DNA from: Podarcis erhardii
Taxonomy: Eukaryota
Direction: 5' to 3' (one strand)
DNA: 64,000 nt
NCBI GenBank assembly: GCA_964252035.1
Contig: OZ176202.1
Part shown: one piece after another, positions 50,082 to 61,600 of the stretch
Layout: each line of letters begins with the position of its first letter
Position numbering within the stretch: position 1 is the first letter of the stretch
Translations under genes and position numbers: made by a program
The notes under the pieces: generated by a model
The model's input: only the letters and a program-made list of their open reading frames with translations
What the model was told of the DNA's origin: nothing
Database searches by the model: none

Positions 50082-50510
50082 CTAAAAGCAAGACAGAAGT
50101 GTAAGGGGACTTGCTCCGTAATAAAAATTAATCAATCTCTCAACTGGAAGATTTAAATCTTTGAAGAAGGCTGCTCTTAAGTCCTCGTAGATAAGACAAA
50201 TCAGTAAGTAGTGGGGTAAATCTTCAGGCACATTACTTCCACATGGGCAAGCTCTTTCTTCACAAGGAATCTGGTGGTAACACCCTTTGACTATGACAGT
50301 GCATAGACTGCAACCATTTGACATTTGTGATGCTGGTTACATAGTGAGGACAAGGAGTCTGAATGGGTAATTTGGCATACCAAGGGGCACATTTGGACAG
50401 ACAGGCAGAAGTGAAATTAGCACAAAAACCATGCTTTAAAATATGAGATTTCATGTGGCAAGATGCAATCTCAAAGTCTAATGAGCTCAGAATGCCCAAA
50501 GAGAGGTCAT
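50082..50510 (-). mobile_element. Degenerate non-LTR retrotransposon ORF2 C-terminus with CCHC zinc knuckle (clade uncertain, RTE-X/L2-Crack-like)
   Basis: Frameshifted peptides PHYVTSITNVK and GCYHQIPCEERACPCGSNVPEDLPHYLLICLIYEDLR (C-x-C...H-x4-C). Confidence 0.65.
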
Positions 50511-50690
50511 GCATGTCAACATCTCATTGAAAGCAGAAAGTACTAAAATGGGCCTGATCCCACTTTTTAAATTTTAGCCAATACCTAAAGGCAAAGATAG
50601 GCACTCTGGTCCTTCACTGAACAGAGACCAGCTTCCACATGGAGAATGGAAGACTCAGTTGCCTTGAGGAGCTCAAAAATTGAACAAATA

Positions 50691-51877
50691 CCGTATTTTT
50701 TGCCCTATAGGATGCACTTTTTCCCCTCCAAAAATGAAGGGGAAATCTGGGTGCGTCCTATGGGGCGAATGCAGGCTTTCGCTGAAGCTTGGAGAGCGAG
50801 AGGGGTCGGTGCGCACCAGCCCCTCTCGCTCTCCAGGCTTCAGGAACACATCCACAGCTTAGGCAGCCCTGCGGGAGTTCCCGCAGGGCTGTCTAGGCTG
50901 CGGATAGTAGCCTGCTTCCCGGAGCGCTGGGCGCGCTGAAAGCAGAGTGCCCGGCGCTTCGGGAACACATCCGCAGCCTAGGCAGCCCTGCGGGAGTTCC
51001 CGCAGGGCTGTCTAGGCTGCGGATAGCAGTCTGCTTCCCGGAGCGCCGGGCGTGCTGAAAGCAGAGCGCCCGACGCTTCGGGAACACATCCGCAGCCTAG
51101 GCAGTCCTGCGGGAGTTCCCGCAGGGCTCCCTATGCTGCGGATAGCAGCCTGCCGCCCGGTGCAAGGGGCGCCCTAATGCAGAGCACCCCGCCCGCCGGG
51201 CATACATCCGCAGCGTGGGGAGCCCTGCAGGAGTTCCCCGCAGGGCTCCCCACACTGCGGATAGCAGCCTGCCGCCCGGTGCAAGGGGCGCCCTAATGCA
51301 GAGCACCCTGTCCGCCGGGCAGACATCCGCAGCATGTTGGAGCTCTGCGGGAGTTCCCCGCAGGGCTCCCCACGCTGCGGATAGCAGCCTGCCGCCCGGC
51401 GCGAGGGGCGCCCTAATGCAGAGCACCCCGCCCGCCGGGCATACATCCGCAGCGTGGGGAGCCCTGCAGGAGTTCCCCGCAGGGCTCCCCACGCTGCGGA
51501 TAGCAGCCTGCCGCCCGGTGCAAGGGGCGCCCTAATGCAGAGCGCCCTGTCCGCCGGGCAGACATCCGCAGCATGTTGGAGCTCTGCGGGAGTTCCCCGC
51601 AGGGCTCCCCACGCTGCGGATAGCAGCCTGTCGCCCGGCGCGAGGGGCGCCCTAAAGCAGAGCACCCCACCCGCCGGGCAGACATCGGCCAGCCCCACAA
51701 GCTCGGGGGACAGCAAGGAGGCGCAGCGCCGCCATCCCGCTGTTCCCCAACCTGGTTCGGTTTCCCCGACCTGGTTTTGGGGGGGAAATAAAGGGGGAAA
51801 AAATTTCCCTTTATTTCCCCCCCAAAAAACTAGGTGCATCCTATGGGACGGAGCGCCCTATGGGATGAAAAATACGG
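50691..51877. mobile_element. Tc2-like MITE (1187 bp) with an internal GC-rich hairpin array
   Basis: TA|ccgtattttttgccctataggatgcac ... gcgccctatgggatgaaaaatacgg|TA. Subterminal ggtgc(g/a)tcctatggg at both ends. No transposase. Confidence 0.9.
50848..51681. repeat. Minisatellite: 7 tandem units of 118-120 bp, each a double hairpin
   Basis: The anchor acatc(c/g) recurs at 50848, 50967, 51086, 51204, 51323, 51443, 51562 and 51682. Confidence 0.95.
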
Positions 51878-54291
51878 TATATTTATTCTGGGATATTTCC
51901 AGATTCTTTTGTTGAAGAGATTCTCTATTGTGCTATATTTTACTTATTTCACTCTTTTATAATGTCTCTGCTTTGAAGCTTGTTCTAGCCCCCCTTAGTA
52001 TTACTTTTAGTCATGAGGTGCAGGTAAGAGATTGTAAACAAACAAACAAACATGTTGATAGTGAAGCTGCACATGGAATTTTACTTTATTGCAAATGTGT
52101 AACAGGTTATTTAATTTCCAGGACTTTATATTAAAATAATATTCACAGCAAATTATGAATGTTGTGCAACTTTAAATCTCAAAGATAAACTTCATTAAGG
52201 ATACAAGTTATTTTTTTACTGCTCTAATCCCTACCTACCGTGGGGCTTGTTTGTTTCCCATATTAGTTTAAAATATACAGAAGAGTCCACAGACATTTTG
52301 AACTATTTGGATAGGGTCAGATTTAAATTTCAGAGCGGACATGCCTCTGGTTTTCTTCCCGTTGATTCCAATGGTAGGTAAATAAACTATAGCAGCCCAA
52401 ACTCTGCTCTGGTGGCTTTTTGGGGAACAGGAGGGCTTTGGATCCATAGCCTAACCCAACCTACCTCCCTTTAGCCCCCTGAAATATCAGAGGAACGCCT
52501 GCTGTGGTCATTTTCACAGCCTCACTAAGGAAGCTTACAAGGTCAGATCTCCCTCTCCAAGAGCCAACCTCTCTGTCTATGCTTTGTGAAGGAGATCTGA
52601 AAAACCCAATGGCCCCTAAAACACCCTTCAAGGAAAAGAAGGCTGCAGCCTTAGGAGGCAATTATTGGGTGAGATACAGTGTCATGTCATCATATGTAAT
52701 GAGAATTCACTTTTGCCCCTTATGTTCTTGCACCCTGCCAATCCAACCCAGGGAGGTCTCCTAATTCTCAGTGGAAGGTATTAGGGATGCATAGGGTCTG
52801 CAAGGAATGGGGAGGAAGGATAAGCCCTGTTTGAGGAAGCAGAGGTCTGTGGCACAACTGGACACCTACTTTCACTATTAACAAATATCCTGCTTAAGAT
52901 ACTCAAACTGGAAACTGGTAGCTTGACATAATTATAAAACCTACGATATGACCAGTAAAAAAAAAAAAATAGAATTTATATAGAAATAGAAAGTGCTTTT
53001 TACAATATTTTATTCATTTACCCTCACAACAGCTCTGTGAAACCAAACAGTATTATTCCTATTGTCCAGATAAATTACAGAGAGAGAGTTCTGAGATGTC
53101 TAAAGCAACTAAGCTCACAGTGACAGAACTTTCATGTAACATCAGGTTTTAGGGTGGGAAGAAAAATTCAGATTATAAACAATTGATAAGAAAAAGGAGC
53201 AACTGTGTTAAAATCTTACAGAATAAGTAACTCCTGTAAAAAGTAGCTAAACTACTGTCATGTGTTGGTCTTTCTACGGCATGGATCATTAAATTACTGC
53301 TGGTGCTACTACTGTTGCTTTCCTGGGTTTTCAGAAGACTATGATCCTGATTTGATTATAGTCCTTTAAGTATTTAATGAGCATGGGAATCTATAATCTG
53401 CCTAGAGGAAAAGCTGTGCCAGGATGCACTTTACTGAGTCCTGCAATGTACAAACACAAAAAAGAAACGCAAACACAGCTGCTTCGACAAAGCCTACAGG
53501 GATTTTTAAAAAGGGATGAATTGTAAAGTAGGTGACATAATTCAACTGCTAAGATTATTCAAACACACTCCAAAACTATTTTGATCCATTTCTCTTTAAT
53601 CAGAAACACTTCACTTTCAACTTTAAAGGATGTCAATTTACATACTGTTAGAAGTTTTCTACCAGCACCATAAAAAAGTTAACGAATACCATAATGAATT
53701 TCCCATCTTTACTTTTCCCTCTTTGGTTTCAGCTATTCTGGGCTGGTATATCTGAAAGTAATTCTCACTCAGGAATTTGTGAGCCAATGTTGCCCGAAAA
53801 TTAGTTTCTGCACTAATTGAGGAAAAAACAGCTTATAGATATAAATCATGCTTTTATCCAGGGGCACAAGAAGCTTGGAAAACCAGTAAACAAAAGCTTA
53901 AAAAATAAATAAATCAACATCTCCAATCCAGAGCCTCTGTTGAGCATGATGAGAGGTCCCTAGTGCACTCTGGGTGAGATGTTTGCCCACGTTAGAGGAA
54001 AATATGTGCTTTAAGATGGGAATGAGCAAAGCTGTTCCCCGGGTCTGAAATGAATTGGTGGGGAGGGCACTCCGGTTATGTGATTGCTGTGATTAAGTGC
54101 TGCGCTATTTATGCCACTGCATTTTGTGAAGGAGGGAACAGAAGAAGGTGAGGGACAAAGTATGATGGCTATTTTGCAAGACTCACAGCTGGAAATGAAG
54201 CACCTTAATCTTAGTGATCTTTGGATACGGGTAACAAAGGAGTTAATAACCCAACACAATTTAACTCAAATCCCATACAAAAAAAATGGTC

Positions 54292-54294
<3 letters not shown>

Positions 54295-54334
<40 letters not shown>
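54295..54334. repeat. (TG)n microsatellite, about 20 units
   Basis: Direct reading of the TG run in an AHI1 intron. Confidence 0.95.
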
Positions 54335-54337
<3 letters not shown>

Positions 54338-54924
54338 GAGGTAAGTATGGGAAACCTTTGGGAGACCAATTGGTTAAAATGAGGTGATCTTGTTTAACAA
54401 TAACCTTCCTGTTCACAACTCTGGTTCTTTATTATTTTAAAGTAAATAAAACCCAAAGTAAACTAAGATTTCAGTCTACACTTTACACAAGTGGCAACCA
54501 TGCTGCTTAATATAAGACAATCAATGAGCAAAAGTTCAATTAGAGTCAATCTCTTTCTGTCTCAATTGAAAGTACAAAGAATTAGCATACAAGTTCAGGT
54601 CCTGTTGTGTCCACTTTTCCTTATTCTCCACAACTATGTATCTAAAGACATCCTAAGGATAGAAAGTTGCGATCTAGGCATACCTAATTGCAATGAGTTT
54701 TACAAGCATAGTACACAAAGCTGATCGTGGATCTTTTGTTCTGAGAGCAACTGCGGGAGCCAGAAAGCCTACATGGACAATGATTCTGTGGAAGGCAGGT
54801 CTTTTATGACTGAACGGAAGGATAAGAAAGCTCCTGTACAATGATAACTTTTGAAGAAGGATTTTTAAAAGTTTTTTTAAAAAATGTTATATGCAAAAAG
54901 AAAAAGGAATACTGAGCTGCTTAC

Positions 54925-54983
54925 CGTGTGTAGTCCAGCTGACGGGCTTCGGCAAAAAGGATTTCCTACTGGGATGAAGCTCC
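54925..54983 (-). CDS. AHI1: AHI1 coding exon (59 nt, phase 1-0): (x)SFIPVGNPFCRSPSAGLHT
   Basis: Minus-strand acceptor gctttgtcttttcacAG and donor ACG|GTAAGC. Size and phase match the recalled human 56-nt exon (GIISIERKPCNHQVDTAPT). Sequence similarity is weak. Confidence 0.75.
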
Positions 54984-57010
54984 CTGTGAAAAGACAAAGC
55001 TGTGAAATTTTTGCTTGTTATCCCCTTTCAGTCTAATAAATCATTTTATTTTATTTTATATTTTTTAAAAAACATGATGATGGTAAGACAGTTCACAAAA
55101 ACTTGAATAAAAAAGCAGCAGCTGCTTTCAGTCCCAGCTATGCATCTTTCAGTCAGGAACAGTTGGAGAGTTTATCTAACTAACAGACCTGACACAAGGT
55201 TAGCTAATCCAATATTTCCATTCAAATGATTTGGAAAGATACTGCAAGCAATGACCACATACCACCTCTCACGCAGAACTGACACTATTATTTAAAACCA
55301 GCACTGTCTTTCCCAGCCATTGAATCTTTGAGTCATGCATACAAAGTTTCCCCCCCACCAGAAGTGATCACAACACCTCTGCATTGAACTACTCATTTTA
55401 TCTGAAAGAATAGATATAAGCTATTCAGTGTATTCTCTTTGATCATATGACTTCCTGGCAACACACATCTTGCTGTTTATTTTATTCCAGCTCACTACAG
55501 TATATTTTTAAAAGGGTTTATTTGTCATTTTGGGTCTTTTTGCATGTATTATTAGACTGACTACCAAGCTCACACTAATCTTTTCAATATGTATGGCTTC
55601 ATCTTTTTTCTTTTCTTTTTGTAGATGGCATGTGCATAGCTCTAAGGAAGGAAACATCTTTAAAAAAATTTTTTATTTTTTTAAAAAGGAAGATAATCCC
55701 TATACCACCTCCCTTCTGCAAATTCTAGTGCAGTTTGGTAAAGAAGTTAAGAGTGCTGGCCTAGAACAGGGATGGGAAATGGGATCCAGCTGGTGGGTTG
55801 GATCCTGACGTCCCCAACTTCCCTGTCAGTCATCTGACACTCACCTGTCAATCATTTGAGATCAGGTAAAGTGCTTTCCTTTTTCCATGTGGTTTGAAAT
55901 AAAACTGTGTGGGCAAAGGCTTTAGGGTTTGTAGGTACCAATGAGCCCTGCCCCACATCTGATACAAGGTGGGCATGGCTTGGGGGAAGCATTTGGACTA
56001 ATTCTATATGAAACCACTGGGAAGTGTCATCCAGAGATTTGGGGCATAGTGGCATCAGTCTTCTGATAAGCAGAAACAGGTGTTTCAGGACTCGCAGTGA
56101 GATGGGAGTATGTAGCCCTTCAGATATCTACAGCCCAAAGTATTTAAGGGATTTCCCCCAGTCTCATCCCTGTGTCCACAAACTGGCACATGAGGCAAAT
56201 CTGCTCTTTAACTTATTCAAGGACTACTCACGGATGTTGGCACCTATCACTTCATACCCTTCTTTCATCATGTTATGGCTTTTTTCATGATGGTCATTTA
56301 ATCAGAAAAGATTACCAACTTCAGCAGGAGGAAAGTTTGCATATGGTTGAACTGTTATCACATATAGGGCTTACATTAAGTTGTCATTACAGAAGAAAAA
56401 AAAATCAGATTGGATCCAAGAAGAGGTGACCAAAACTAACCCTTCTGTCAGCAACACACGCCAGAATGACATGCTGCTCCTCATTCACCCAAATGTGTGT
56501 TATGGTGATAATCAGAAATTCAGTAACTGTCAACTTGTACACACACACACACACCATTCAGTTAAGTGCTCTGGGTGATACCTGCTCATCAGTTCCCTGG
56601 ATTCTCAACTAATGGTTGAAATTATTCAGGTGCACTGGCACATATCCATGGGAAAGCTTGCACAACCTCCACCTGCACTTTGCCAGCCCTTAAGCCAGTG
56701 GTATTAGTCACACTCATAATAAATTTCCTCACAAATATTTGAACACTGGAAGATATTTATATATGTAATTAGATGGCACCACCTCAAAGAGCTAGCTTGC
56801 CCACAATCTTGCAAACACTTCTCCTGTGAGAGAATAAAAAACTTCATTCTTAACAGGTTTATGTGTGCTCCAGTTACCCAGTTTTCTCCCCTGTCACATC
56901 TTTGCCCTATATAAGCCTAAATAATAAACATAAATGATTCAGAAAGGGCACAATTCTATTTTAAAGACTACTGTTGAATACTCATATTATTTGTGTCAAA
57001 GAGATAAACT

Positions 57011-57546
57011 ACATAAGAATATAGGAACATAAGAAGAGGCCTGCTCTTCTTATGAGGCCTATTTAGAAGAGGCCCATTTAGTCCAGCATCCTAATATCAC
57101 AGTGGCTAACCAGATGACTATAGGAATCCTGCAAGCAATGCAACAATACTCTCCTGCTTTGTGATACCCGGGAACTAATATCCAGAGACATACTGCTCTG
57201 ATACTGGGGGTAGAACACAGCCATTTTGGCAAGTAGTCATTGATAACCTCCTCCTATTTGTTCTATCCTTTAAAAAATGGTCAACTTCTTTTAAAGCCAT
57301 CCAGTCTCGTGGCCATCACTACATCTTGTGGGAATGAATTAGAGTAACTATGCATTATGCAAAGAAGTGCTCCCTTTTGTCTGTCCTCAGTCTTCCAACA
57401 TTCAGCTTTGGATGGTCTCAAGTCCTATTATCACGAGAACAGAAAACTTCCCCCTTTTCATTTTCTCCACACCATGCATAATCGTATATGCCTCCATCAA
57501 GCCCCCTTACTAGCCTTTTTTCTAAACTAAAAAGCTGTAACCTTTC
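57011..57546 (-). mobile_element. CR1 LINE 3' fragment (RT C-terminus plus 3' end)
   Basis: Minus-strand peptide LQLFSLEKRLVRGL (CR1 LGLFSLEKRRLRGD) and an acataagaat..ataagaa tail on the + strand. Confidence 0.8.
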
Positions 57547-58391
57547 TGACTCACCCTGACTGACCCTGCTTATAATGCTTACCCCCAGAGCAAGAGGCAT
57601 CTGTGTAAGAAAGCACAGTGTGATGGTTACAGTGACAACAAAATAGTTATGCAGTCACTGTTTCCAAAATATTGCAGGTGGTGTATTTGCAAAAGTCTTG
57701 CCTTGACTCTTAACTTTGCCACTGAAGTTCTATGATAAAAGCTGGAGGCACAGGGCAGAATCTTTATAACAAGGGGTCATGCACACTCTCAAATGTAGGC
57801 ACATGGGAGATACACACACACATTTATTTCATAAAAGTTATATACCTCTTGGTTGTAAAAGAAACCCCAAACCCTCAAATATACAGAGGTACCTACCCTT
57901 CCTCAGTTGATCTGTGCAGATCAGCTAAGTAAGGGGCTTAGTGCACCATCTCTGCTCATCAATTGATTAACTTGATGACTGGGGTAGGGGACAAATTGTA
58001 TTCCCATCAGGCTGCTGGGCTCCATACAACTCAGCACTGTGTCTATTTTATTTAGTTATTTGCTGCTGTTTTGTTTATTTGGTGGCATCTTGTAGAAGGT
58101 GGAAAAATTGGCTTGAGGGTTGGGGTTGCTGATCTGGAGGTGTCACCCCTGAATTAAAATACCTGCACAGGGGTGAGGCCAGGTGAAAATAGTGAAGTTC
58201 AGATTTTAGGCACCAGAAGTTCCCCAGAGTGGAGTATGAACACTCACCCACTCATAATTAGTTTGGCGCCATCAGATTGTGTAGTAGAGTCCTGTGAAAA
58301 ATAGCAAGGACCTAAGATAGCTACTATTGCCAGAAATCCTGGCAGAAATTTAACTGAGACCGTTCTGAATCAAGCCTGTGAAAATTCACCT

Positions 58392-58620
58392 GTGGTGGGC
58401 AACCTTTTTCAGCCCAAAGGCCACCTCCCCATTTGGGCAGCCTTTTGAGGGCCACATGTCAGTGGTGGGCAGGGACGGAGGCAGAAGTGAATAAAGAAAT
58501 GAATGCAAATTTTACCTTGTATAGTAGGCTTGTTTCTAAACTCACTCAGACCTCTTTCTGAGGAGGGTGTGTGGCCTGGGGAGAATTCCAAGGGCCAGAT
58601 AGAGAGGCCTGGGAGGCTAG
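58392..58620. mobile_element. hAT-type MITE remnant
   Basis: gtgggcaacctttttcagcccaaaggccac..gagggccaca..agggccagatagagaggcct resembles lizard hAT (Charlie/Tip100-like) non-autonomous elements. Confidence 0.55.
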
Positions 58621-61600
58621 TCTATTTAGACTACTGGATTTGCCATCCCTGATCTGCAATGCAAGGAGCAACTGGCCAAGGAAAAACTGAAGCACACTGT
58701 TTCCTTAGCCCAAAGAACCCTTTGCCTCTAGTATCATAAGAGATCTGGCCTCGGTTCTGAAGCTCCTGGAAGAAATACTGGAACAAATAATAAACTAGCT
58801 ACCCCAATTTTCCAACATCACACACATAATATAAAATACACACACCTACAATTTCAATCACAGAGGCTGGATCTTTTGGTTGCTGAATTCAGAGGTGTTT
58901 AAAAAAGCAGAATACAGAGCTCCCAGCTATAATGAAGAAATACCTGTTACATCAAATCTAAGAGCAATAAAAGCCAACATTTTAATTAGAGATTAGAATC
59001 AAATATATTTAGCATCTGACACACCCATTAAATGATTCCTTAGTAATCTCATGGAAAGGTCCTTGTATTTTCCCCTTACAAATATGAAGATCTCTGTAGA
59101 ATTGTAGGTGCAGAGAAGACCAGGGAATGACTTTTCAGTCCTTTCTACACAACGTCAGGCAGGTCGCACTGTGCCATAAGTTGGACTGCTACAGAGTCCA
59201 GTAGAATTCTCCATGCACTCTCACAGAAGAATCTCCAAGTAAATTTATTGGAAGCATATGACGAAATGCTGTCTTCGAGCAGGCCTTGCATTAGGAAAGG
59301 ATGTGAGATAATGAAATTGAGCTAAGGAACATAGCAATTATTTTATGTTTTATTAAATAACAACAAAGAGGGTAATACTCTAATTTTGGGTCTAGCAGCC
59401 TCACATTTAAGCTAGACAATTTACAACACATAATGGTGAAGGGAATTCAGGCTGTTAACAGTCACCATATTTACCAACACTAATCTGGACGTAAGGATGA
59501 ATATATGATGCAAAAATTGGCGGCTGCTGTAAGAAGGATCTTGCCTCAGGGCAGTGATTGGATCTGATCTCTGTTGCTCAATCTATGGCTCACATGAGGC
59601 CAGCCAAGATTTTCTTATCCACCTATCAAAACTGTCTTTTTCCACACTAGAGGCACTGTCTTGTGCCCAAGACTGAGGGGGGTCTGGTGTGTGTGGCGTG
59701 TGTGTGACATCATGTGCCTGGCACACATTTGTGACATCACACACACACACACATAATGTCGCATCATCAGGAGGAGACCAAGCATGGGGCCCAGTACAAT
59801 GTGGTTTCAATGGCTGGTGGCTTCTCTCTCACGCGCAAGAGGAGCCCATGCCATGCTTGGCTCCATGCTCAGCCTCCTTTGCCCCCTCAACATTGAGGGG
59901 GCCCGACCCCCTGCCAACAGATATTGAGGGGGCCGAAGACACCTTGGTCCTATAGAGCTGGCACGCCTGGTCTCCACAAATTTCTTTACTGCCCTTGTTA
60001 GCTACTGCTGCTATTCCCATTTTGTGGAATGACAATTAACATACTCAGTATCAGTTGAAAACAAGGTGATAAGGCTGGGATGCTGATGGCAACAGGGGCT
60101 AGGAGGTACAACACAGAATTTGGGTAGACAGCCCAGAGGGTATACCTCATCTCCCTGCAATTTGAGTAAAACTACCCTAAATTATCCTTTGTTCCTTTCC
60201 CACCCTATAATTTTACTAAAGGGGATATAAGTTACACCTAAATTTTGGTACCTTGGCTGAACTTCATGATAAAAATCAAAGCCCTTCATGAAAAATTTGT
60301 AATACAAAATATTCTCAGATACTGTCATGGAAGGCTTAGAGGACACACAAGTTAGGAAGATAAATGAGAACTTTATCTTCTCTCTTTCTCAAGCATGAAT
60401 ATAAGAAACTCCTGACTCCACCCAGATATACAGTACCTACGTCAAGAGCAATAGTGTGACGAAACAATCTAATGACACTATCCACACAGATACAAGGGCC
60501 AGCCAATATAGAAAGCAAAAAATTACCCATTTCTGCATTACTCGCTTTGCTCTGTAAATTGCAAGTTGACTAAAAAGCAGGTGCAACCAAGATAAATAGT
60601 CTAAGTGTTCATATTACATTATTCAGAGAAAAAGACTTCCAAGCAACTACTCGGGCAACATTCTGGAAAACGTAAATCAGCTTTGCTTCTGAGGTAATTA
60701 CTCTGACCACAACAGTCAACACTTGCATATTAACCCCATTTCCCTCCTGATATAGCACTTTCAGAAAGAAAAGGATATTCATTTCCAGACAAGTATTCTG
60801 AAAACCCAGATGGCCTTGCAGATTGCCTAAATATTTAGGCCGCAATTTATTCCACTTAATTATATATTTTTAGCAAACAAGGCCAGCATGAGCAGATTTT
60901 TAAAATACTGTAATTTCATTTTCACACAGTTACAAATCATGTGTAGAGTACAGGCATGCAATCAACTTTATAACCTAACTATCATAAAGCTGAACGGGAT
61001 GGTGCGCCTAGTTCTCTGATATGTGATTCAAACATGCAAAGGGCACTCTCCCCCATGTGTAAGCAGATCTATTAATCTATGAAGCTAACTTCCTGAGTCA
61101 GGTCATAGGTTCACCAAGACAAAGACTGCCTGCCTAATTAGAAATGGCTCTCTAAGCAGGCGCACCATTTATATGGGGCTGCTTGGGCTGACCCCCCCAA
61201 TTCTCACTTGGGGGCAAGGCCCCCTCAATATTACACAGCTGGGTGGGCCCTGTTGGGTCCTCCCACGGCTGTGGCAGGCTCCATTGGGCAAGCCTGCTAC
61301 TGCAGCAGGGCTCATCAGGCCTTTCGGGGGGCATGACAGGCCCCATCGGATCTCCTACCACCATGTAACATTACACATACATGATGGGCCCCCACAATAT
61401 TGGGCGGAACCCAGCACACCTGTTTCTAAGGGATTCAGGTAGAGATCTGTACAGCATGGCTACTCAAGATCTGTTTAGCTGGATATGCTAAGGATTAAAC
61501 CAAGAACCTGCTGCAAGTAATCATGGGGGTCCTGCCTACCATGTGCAGCTTAATGGTGCATTCCGTTATTGCAAGGGCTAAATGTGTACATTGGAGCATT

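Noticed and set aside
50848-51681. CRISPR-like appearance (regularly spaced palindromic repeats)
   Set aside because: There are no unique spacers, since the intervening sequence is itself repeated. Units are ~119 bp, there are no cas genes, the context is vertebrate, and the array is bounded by transposon TIRs.
50893-51915. Several long GC-rich ORFs (up to 221 aa) on both strands
   Set aside because: By-products of a stop-poor GC-rich tandem repeat. The peptides are repetitive and resemble no protein I recognise.
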